From an uncultured Rhodopirellula sp. (lineage in GTDB: Bacteria > Planctomycetota > Planctomycetia > Pirellulales > Pirellulaceae): a stretch of 44,821 nucleotides of DNA. Numbering within the stretch: position 1 is the stretch's first letter; the number at the start of each line of letters is the position of its first letter. The translations under genes and the position numbers were made by a program. Under the pieces are notes generated by a model. It was not told the DNA's origin and searched no databases. It was given only the letters and a program-made list of their open reading frames with translations. Below, in pieces: positions 38,155-44,821 of this stretch. The stretch is from the NCBI GenBank assembly GCA_964007735.1, contig CAXGAI010000039.1, positions 1 to 44,821 on the forward strand, in the 5' to 3' direction.

Positions 38155-40422
38155 TTATTGAGGCGGATAACCGTGTTCGTTCCAGTTTGGAGGTGTCAGA
38201 CCATGTAGGTGGCGAACAAAATAGTCCCAACGTCGGCGTTGACCATATTCACCACCGGAAGAATGTCCCATACCAGGTACAACTAATAGATCAAATTCTT
38301 TTTTGGACTTAATTAAGGCGTTTACTAACTGGTAGGTGGACTCGGGAGGGACATTGGTGTCCATTTCACCGACCATGAGTAGCAGATTGCCCTTAAGTAG
38401 ATTGGCGTTCGTGGTGTTGGATTGATTTTTGTAGTGTTCCTCAATTGGATAGCCCATCCATTGCTCGTTCCACCAATGTTTGTCAACTCGGTTGTCATGG
38501 CAACCACAGGATGACACAGCTACTCGATAAAAGTCACTGTGGTGTAGCAATGCGGCCGTACTACTCTGGCCTCCCGCACTTGTCCCGAAGATGCCGAGAT
38601 TGGAAATGTCACAATGAGGATATTTTGCATTTAAGGCTTTTAGCCAGGTAATGTGATCGGGCAGTCCCGAGTCCTGTAAATTTTTCCAGCAGACATCGTG
38701 AAAGTCTTTGCCCCGATTGTCCGTCCCCATACCGTCAACCATGACGGTAATGAACCCGAGTTCAGCTAGGTGAAACATCCGCATACGGGTCATGAATGAT
38801 TTAGGGACATGTGAGTCATGAGGTCCGGCATAGATATATTCAACCACAGGGTAGCTGAACTTTGGGTCAAAGATCCGTGGGCGATAAACCATGCCATAAA
38901 TATTTGTTTTTCCGTCGCGTCCCTTCGCCACAAAACGTTCGGGTAAATTGAATCCTAATTCCACGAGTTGACTGATATCCGCAATTTCCAATCGACATAT
39001 TACTTTGCCTGTCGTGGCATTTCGCAGTGTATGGATAGGCGGTTGGTCAATTCGTGAGTATTCGTCGATAAGGAAACGCCTAGTTGGCGATAACTGGATT
39101 TTATGAGTTCCGTCTCCGTCGGTTAGCTTGGTCAGATTACTACCGTCCAGATTTACACGGAAGTAATGTTCATGATAGGGGTCTTCGTCGCTTTCGGTTC
39201 CCACGGCACTAAAAATGAGATACCCCTCTTTCTCGTGAACTGAATGGACTTTCTTTACGGCCCACTCGCCACTGGTGATGGGGATAATACGCTGGCCGGA
39301 ATGCAGGTCGTAGAGGTAAAGATGATTCCAGTCGCTACGCTCGCTTGCCCAGACCAAACGCTTCCCATCTTTCGTGTAGTGTCGGAAAAATTTGATCTGG
39401 TTTATGAAGGTGTCGGTTTTTTCATCAATGATTGTGCGGGTGGTACCGTCGGCGGCCGACACCGCGATAACTCGAACACGCTGATGTCCCCGATCATCTT
39501 TCTGGTAGGTGAAAAAGTCATTGTTTTCGTGCCACTGAAGGCGCGGTGGTCCGTGGTAGTCAATGATATCGGCGTCCACGGCATAGCTTTTTTGTGTTTC
39601 GGTACTTGCGATGAAGAGTTTGAAACTGTCGAAGCGATCACCTGGCTGGGCATAAGTGCGAGTGTGGAGCTTCGCCTTGATAGAATCCTTGGGAGAGGAT
39701 TCTAGAAGGTGGACCTGACTTAGGTCTCCCGGTTGAACCTTCATGAATGCGACGTGTTTACGCGTCGGGGACCATTTATTGAATTGGTAGGGGGTCTCCA
39801 CCGTGCCATCGGTCGTAAGAAGGTATTCCTGTTTATTCTCATTGTCAACCAACACGGCATTGTGATCTTTAATGGCAAAGTCCCATCGGGGTATCTCGGC
39901 TTCCTTTTGAGTGATCAATGTGGAAGTGGTGACAATGTTCGGCGGGGTTAGAAACTGAGCCAGTTTTTCCAGTTGTTTGTCTTTATATTTGAATCGATAA
40001 CGGCTGTTTTCGAATTTGAATTCGCAGTAAGTGAGGTCTTTGTCAAACTGAAGATCGCTGATATTGAGTTTGCTTCCATCGACATCTTTTTGGAGTAATT
40101 CTGAAAGTTGTTTACCCACTGCAGTATGGTCAAAAGCCAGTTGTCGTGTTCCGGCAAGACAATCGACAACTACCCACTCCCGTTTGTTACCGTGCAGGTC
40201 AAGCTTGTACCAAAACTTGTTGTCTCCTTCGATCCAGTTGGGACGTACGCGATGGCGAATCATCTTGTTGTTTACATCGTTAATTGAAGCATGTGCTTGA
40301 CGATAGTGTTCTAACAAATCGGAGGGTTGGTATGGTTTTAGCTTTTTGGCGATAGCGTATTGGGGATGTAGCGTCAAAAAAACCGTGAGAAACAGGAAAG
40401 TGATCGAAGCGGAGCGAACCAT
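38155..40422 (-). CDS. Secreted S9 family (DPP IV-like) serine peptidase
   Basis: Signal peptide, beta-propeller region, YAGP, and the triad GTSAGG (Ser), DTNV (Asp), GMGH (His). Confidence 0.92.
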   Translation of the reverse strand: MVRSASITFLFLTVFLTLHPQYAIAKKLKPYQPSDLLEHYRQAHASINDVNNKMIRHRVRPNWIEGDNKFWYKLDLHGNKREWVVVDCLAGTRQLAFDHTAVGKQLSELLQKDVDGSKLNISDLQFDKDLTYCEFKFENSRYRFKYKDKQLEKLAQFLTPPNIVTTSTLITQKEAEIPRWDFAIKDHNAVLVDNENKQEYLLTTDGTVETPYQFNKWSPTRKHVAFMKVQPGDLSQVHLLESSPKDSIKAKLHTRTYAQPGDRFDSFKLFIASTETQKSYAVDADIIDYHGPPRLQWHENNDFFTYQKDDRGHQRVRVIAVSAADGTTRTIIDEKTDTFINQIKFFRHYTKDGKRLVWASERSDWNHLYLYDLHSGQRIIPITSGEWAVKKVHSVHEKEGYLIFSAVGTESDEDPYHEHYFRVNLDGSNLTKLTDGDGTHKIQLSPTRRFLIDEYSRIDQPPIHTLRNATTGKVICRLEIADISQLVELGFNLPERFVAKGRDGKTNIYGMVYRPRIFDPKFSYPVVEYIYAGPHDSHVPKSFMTRMRMFHLAELGFITVMVDGMGTDNRGKDFHDVCWKNLQDSGLPDHITWLKALNAKYPHCDISNLGIFGTSAGGQSSTAALLHHSDFYRVAVSSCGCHDNRVDKHWWNEQWMGYPIEEHYKNQSNTTNANLLKGNLLLMVGEMDTNVPPESTYQLVNALIKSKKEFDLLVVPGMGHSSGGEYGQRRRWDYFVRHLHGLTPPNWNEHGYPPQ

Positions 40423-40516
40423 ATTAGAATGTTGTTTTTAAGGGGGTGAAGAGTTTCGGGGATTTACAAGTCAGTTTACCAGTTACCAAGAGCGGTGGGA
40501 GGTAACCGCTTACCAT

Positions 40517-40553
40517 AAAAAAGAAGACGCATGATGAGATACCATGCGTCTTC
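40517..40553 (-). terminator. Rho-independent terminator of the 40613-41047 gene
   Basis: 11-bp perfect stem gaagacgcatg/catgcgtcttc, 9-nt loop, followed by T6 on the minus strand. Confidence 0.85.
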
Positions 40554-40612
40554 ACGATTGGAGCAATGTGAATGAAGAAAGTTCACACTACTTGTTTATT
40601 AATCCCGCAGGA

Positions 40613-41047
40613 CTATTTCTTTGCTTTCACAGCGGCAAATCCTTTAGTGAATGCCGCATCATTGAATGCGAAAGCAACTTTATCTTTAGCAGCTTTCAGC
40701 TTGCCAAGACATCCGCCACAGCAAACGCCAACTTTAACGCCAGCAGCGTCAACAGTCTTCGTAGCGTCTACAGGACGACCGGCCAGAAAACATTTAACCT
40801 GTTTGTACTGACCAGTTTGAACCAACTGGTGGTTCCCTTTGTTGCCATGCTTCTTCGCATCAAATGCTTTTGGGCAGTTGGCACAGCAGAAGAAGACTTT
40901 ACCACCTTTGTAGTCGACGGTTTTGTCGGCTGCGACAGGTTTGCCACTCAATGGGCATTTGACGCCCTCAAGCTTAGGTGCAGCGGTTGCTGCAAGAGAT
41001 ACTGCTGTGAACATGATCACAGCAAAAATTGCTAAAAAACGTTTCAT
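40613..41047 (-). CDS. Secreted small protein with two YHS/TRASH-like Cys repeats
   Basis: Signal peptide; CPLSGKPV...VFFCCANC and CFLAGRPV...VGVCCGGC; SD AAGGAG. Confidence 0.8.
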   Translation of the reverse strand: MKRFLAIFAVIMFTAVSLAATAAPKLEGVKCPLSGKPVAADKTVDYKGGKVFFCCANCPKAFDAKKHGNKGNHQLVQTGQYKQVKCFLAGRPVDATKTVDAAGVKVGVCCGGCLGKLKAAKDKVAFAFNDAAFTKGFAAVKAKK

Positions 41048-41211
41048 AATGAAACTCCTTGAAAAAATGAGGTATACCTCGGTGATCTAATTACGAATCC
41101 ACGTGATTCGATTTGTTTTGATTTATTGCAGCCGAGAAAGTACTCTAGCTGAACGGAATTCAGCGGATGACAACAGTTACCGCCGAATGAATGCTTCTTA
41201 GTGAACTAAGC

Positions 41212-41655
41212 CTAGCAGAGCCAGCAGCAAATAATGGACTGGCTTGTCTGAGAATGCTTTCGAACCGGCAATGGAGGGCCGGAGCGAAGCGGTTGAATAT
41301 TTGAGTGATCCGCAACAAGATCCAAGACGGCGATGTCATGAATAGGAGCATCATATTTTAGTGGCAACTCAATTTGAACCGTTGCTTTGGTTGTGGTGAT
41401 GAGCTGTTTGGCCATCCCAGCCTTGCAAGGGCACTCATGCGAGTTGTCCGTTCCAGAGATTTGGTTGAAGACGCCGTCATCGGCCTGATGCGAAATACAA
41501 TTGGAACAGGCTTTTGAAGTTTCCGTATCAGCACTGGCTGTCTCGCCAAGGATGGTCGAGATTCCGCAACAACAAAACGCAGGCAGGATCACCTGTGCTG
41601 ATAGAAACAGCAACAGAATGAAAGAGCCAGTTTTTGGGTTGCTAAGGCGATTCAT
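41212..41655 (-). CDS. Cys-rich exported hypothetical protein (DUF2946/CruR-like leader candidate)
   Basis: Hydrophobic N-terminus then CCCG, CSNC, HECPC, RSGPP and terminal CCWLC; start at 41655 or 41721. Confidence 0.65.
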   Translation of the reverse strand: MNRLSNPKTGSFILLLFLSAQVILPAFCCCGISTILGETASADTETSKACSNCISHQADDGVFNQISGTDNSHECPCKAGMAKQLITTTKATVQIELPLKYDAPIHDIAVLDLVADHSNIQPLRSGPPLPVRKHSQTSQSIICCWLC

Positions 41656-41887
41656 CGATTTAGGCGCATTGTTTTGGTTATTAGTACTACTTGAATTATC
41701 ATCTATTCTACGGTCAAACATGAATTAAGTTCAATATAAAAGAATACTATTATTGCTCTTCGATCATCCTTATTTTATGGATTTGTGTTCTAATAAGTTC
41801 CACACAGCGAATATCTGAGCAGTGCTGTTCGGGGAAGTTCTATTGAAAGGCCTAATTGTGGTTCGTGTAAACGCTTCTGTTACCTTG

Positions 41888-42811
41888 ATGAGTCGGTTCA
41901 GTGCATTCCTCGTTTTAACGGCTTTTTCTGCATTTGTACTGACTGATACGTCAGTTTATGCCCAGCAGGGGCTAGCAAACCGTACGTTGGTGCCGGCAGA
42001 TAGTAGTCAAACCGGACTGATTTCTGATGTCGTCGATGATCGTGCAATCAAGCAATTGATTAGTTCTAAGGCAGATTTACTATTGCCTGACCCGGAAGTG
42101 TCTTTACTTAAGGGGTTTGAAGAACAGATCAAACGCTCCGAAACTAAATTGAAACTTCCCAAACTCAAGAGTGCGGCACTCGCATCGCATGAAGTATACC
42201 CGGCTGTCGCGCCTTCAGTGCTCGTTTTATCAAAGGTCTATAAATGTGGGCGTTGTACGCGTTGGCATGACCGGAGTGCTGGAGCATTCGCAATTACAGC
42301 TGACGGAGCGATTGTTACAAATCATCATGTCGTTGAAGGTGTTCAACCGGATGAACGAGCATTAGTTGCCACGGCTGCTAACGGTAAAGTTTATGTTGTC
42401 AAAGAGATTTTGGCAGCTGATGAACTCAACGACATCGCTATTCTTCAATTGGAATTACCAGCCGGCGAAAAGCTGACGCCAGCGAAAATCGCGGAGCGCG
42501 CCATTCCTGGTGAGGATGTTTACGCGATTAGTCATCCGGTTAGTCGGTTTTATACTCTGACGAAGGGGGTCGTATCTCGTAATGCCATGATGCATACTCC
42601 TAAGGGCTCGGCTAAACGGCTGTATATTACGGCTGAGTTTGCCAAAGGTTCCAGCGGGTCACCGATCTTCAATAGTCGAGGCGAAGTGGTTGGTATTGTT
42701 TCCAGCACGCAGTCAATTTATTACACAGAAACTCAGGATCAGCAAAAGAACTTGCAAATGGTCTTTCGCAACTGTGTGCCCGCTTCTTCGGTTCATCTAT
42801 TGCTTAAATAA
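41888..42811 (+). CDS. Secreted trypsin-like serine protease (no PDZ domain)
   Basis: TNHHV, DIAIL and GSSGSP triad; signal peptide; start uncertain (41822-41888). Confidence 0.85.
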   Translation: MSRFSAFLVLTAFSAFVLTDTSVYAQQGLANRTLVPADSSQTGLISDVVDDRAIKQLISSKADLLLPDPEVSLLKGFEEQIKRSETKLKLPKLKSAALASHEVYPAVAPSVLVLSKVYKCGRCTRWHDRSAGAFAITADGAIVTNHHVVEGVQPDERALVATAANGKVYVVKEILAADELNDIAILQLELPAGEKLTPAKIAERAIPGEDVYAISHPVSRFYTLTKGVVSRNAMMHTPKGSAKRLYITAEFAKGSSGSPIFNSRGEVVGIVSSTQSIYYTETQDQQKNLQMVFRNCVPASSVHLLLK

Positions 42812-42820
42812 AACCAAAGA

Positions 42821-43615
42821 ATGGAAGAGTTTCAGATACCAGCGCCTTCCGTCGCTCATCAAGATCAGCTCGACAAGCACGGCTATGTTGTATTGTCGGA
42901 ATCTATCCCTGAGATCGTTCTTGAACAATTGATCCGAGAGGTCGAATTTTTGTGGGAGATTGAAGGAGAACTGGCAGGTTGCGAGTTTAAACAGGAAAAA
43001 AATGCTCGTCGACTCGCCAATCTTGTCGAAAAGTCGAGGCGGTTCGATCAGGTTGTAACGCACCGCGATTCTCTGGCGCTGGTGGGGCATGTTCTGGGGA
43101 CATTTAAGCTCAGTAGTTTGAATGCGCGAAGTGCAAATCCCATGTCAGCAAGCGGACAACCCCTTCATTGTGATGGTGGTTATCTGCCTGACAAAAAGGG
43201 GCCGAAAGTGGCCAATGTTGTTTGGTGCCTGGATGACTTTACGCTGGATAATGGAACGATTCGAGTGATTCCGGGGACCCACCTTGCAGGTAAATTGCCA
43301 CAGGACGTTTTGGACCATCCTGAAAAACAGCATCCTGACGAAGAATTGATTAAGGCGAAAGCTGGTAGTTTGATTGTGATGAACGCTCATTTGTGGCATT
43401 CTGGAGTAAAGAATCGGACGCATCGTCCTCGTCGTGCATTGCACGCATACTATTGTCGGCGGGATCAGCCACAACAGCAGTTTCAACAAGCTTTGTTGTC
43501 GGCTGAAACACGGCAAGTAGCGAAAGGGCTTTTACGCTACGTTTTGGCCCTCGAGGAGGCACCCCTAGAAGGGGAGCGTCAGGGGGCTAGCAGCGTTAGC
43601 GGCTTTCTTCAATAA
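42821..43615 (+). CDS. Phytanoyl-CoA dioxygenase (PhyH) family Fe/2OG enzyme
   Basis: QPLHCD, LDDFTLDNG, IPGTH, LWHSG and N-x4-R. Confidence 0.88.
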   Translation: MEEFQIPAPSVAHQDQLDKHGYVVLSESIPEIVLEQLIREVEFLWEIEGELAGCEFKQEKNARRLANLVEKSRRFDQVVTHRDSLALVGHVLGTFKLSSLNARSANPMSASGQPLHCDGGYLPDKKGPKVANVVWCLDDFTLDNGTIRVIPGTHLAGKLPQDVLDHPEKQHPDEELIKAKAGSLIVMNAHLWHSGVKNRTHRPRRALHAYYCRRDQPQQQFQQALLSAETRQVAKGLLRYVLALEEAPLEGERQGASSVSGFLQ

Positions 43616-43640
43616 GAAAATATTCGAAAGGCAAATCGTA

Positions 43641-44821
43641 ATGCGAGCATTTTCCCTCCTAGTTACCATGCTAGTCGCCGGACTCCTAAACGCAGGAGAA
43701 TCCACGCCCACTAAAATTGGTGCAGAACGCCCCTCTTGGTTGAAAGGCAATATTCATACGCACTCCTTTTGGAGTGATGGCAATCAGTTTCCGGAGATGA
43801 TCGCGAGTTGGTATAAGCAGCAGGGGTATGACTTCCTGGCACTGTCCGATCACAATATTCTCAGTAAGGGCGAAAAATGGATGCCCATCAGCACCCTTAA
43901 ATCACGGGGGGGTAATGATATTTTAGATAAGTATTTGGACGCCTATGGCAAAGATTGGGTACTTACACGAGGCGAAGGAGATAAGCTTGAGGTGCGGCTC
44001 CGAACGCTGGAAGAGTTTCGAGTCGGCTTGGAAAAAGACGGTGACTTCCTGATGGTTCAAAGTGAAGAAATCTCTGACAGAAGTCAGGGTGTGCCGGTTC
44101 ATATGAATGCGACGAACATTCAGGAATTGATTGCTCCGGTGGGAGGCCCTACTGTGCGGGAAGCAATGGCAAATAATTTACGAGCTGTGGCTGAACAGGC
44201 CCGTAAGACGGGCAAGCCGATTGTCCTGCATTTAAATCATCCAAATTTTGGATATGCGGTAACCGCCGAAGATTTGGCAGCCGTTGTGCAGGAACGGTTT
44301 GTCGAGATATATAACGGTCATCCGGGTGTTAATGTTCTGGGGGATGACGAGCATGCCTCCGTCGAGAAAATCTGGGATATCGTCAATACCATTCGGCTTG
44401 CCCAACTTTTTGCTCCGCCTTTGTTTGGGGTTGGAACGGATGATTCTCATCATTACCACGGCCGAGGAACCAGTCGTCCCGGTCGAAGCTGGATTATGGT
44501 TCGAGGTGACGAACTCGATGCGGACGTGATTACAGAAAAGATCACTCGCGGAGATTTCTACAGTTCCAGTGGTGTTAAGCTCATAGATGTCGTCTACAAC
44601 GGCAAGAAACAAAAGTTGGAGTTGTTGATTGATGAGCAAGTGGGGGTGACTTATACCACAAAGTTTATCGGAACGACCACCTCTGCAGATTTGTCATCCA
44701 AAGAGAAGAAAACAGCAAACGGAAAAACGGTGACGCGTATTTATAGTGAAGATGTAGGCGCCGTCCTGGCAACGGTCTCGGGGATTCAGCCAACCTATCA
44801 ATTCAAGGGCGATGAGTTGTA
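43641..44821 (+). CDS. Secreted PHP-domain metallohydrolase (CehA/McbA-like), 3'-truncated
   Basis: Missing from the ORF track because it runs off the edge; MRAFSLLVTML..., WLKGNIHTHSFWSDG, SDHN, NHPNF, EIYNGH and TDDSHHY. Confidence 0.85.
   Translation, partial: MRAFSLLVTMLVAGLLNAGESTPTKIGAERPSWLKGNIHTHSFWSDGNQFPEMIASWYKQQGYDFLALSDHNILSKGEKWMPISTLKSRGGNDILDKYLDAYGKDWVLTRGEGDKLEVRLRTLEEFRVGLEKDGDFLMVQSEEISDRSQGVPVHMNATNIQELIAPVGGPTVREAMANNLRAVAEQARKTGKPIVLHLNHPNFGYAVTAEDLAAVVQERFVEIYNGHPGVNVLGDDEHASVEKIWDIVNTIRLAQLFAPPLFGVGTDDSHHYHGRGTSRPGRSWIMVRGDELDADVITEKITRGDFYSSSGVKLIDVVYNGKKQKLELLIDEQVGVTYTTKFIGTTTSADLSSKEKKTANGKTVTRIYSEDVGAVLATVSGIQPTYQFKGDEL

Noticed and set aside
40491..40510. Second hairpin agcggt/accgct upstream of the S9 peptidase
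   Set aside because: Short stem with no U-tract; function unsupported

Overview
Gene-dense chromosomal window, roughly 47-50% GC by eye (not computed). The mix of families points to a planctomycete, probably Pirellulales-like (inference): futalosine menaquinone genes, a NatB-CPBP fusion, a giant alpha-2-macroglobulin, a J-like Pro-rich protein and a YHS-like Cys protein. Core genes are mqnA (partial), mqnC, a NatAB-type ABC exporter, an amidohydrolase, hisG/hisE, miaA, aspS, an FMN glutamate-synthase-family gene, pgk, dapA, GT4, mgtE, rnc, a PP-loop tRNA thiolase, MoxR-DUF58-DUF4129 and an aminotransferase. The right third holds accessory envelope and hydrolase genes. I saw no rRNA, tRNA, CRISPR array, transposase or phage genes. 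Best novelty candidates: (1) a translationally coupled pair of a DUF4105/Lnb-like Cys-His enzyme and an 853-aa PhnD-like binding domain fused to a patatin that is split by four TM helices; (2) a Cys-rich secreted ORF with CxxC and an RSGPP motif (CruR/CutF-like leader) upstream of a tandem YHS-like metal-binding protein, with a hairpin-rich spacer between them; (3) structured leaders on the divergent rnc gene (SD-sequestering stem) and mgtE gene (37-aa uORF with a GC hairpin). All family calls are from motif recognition; no database search was run.
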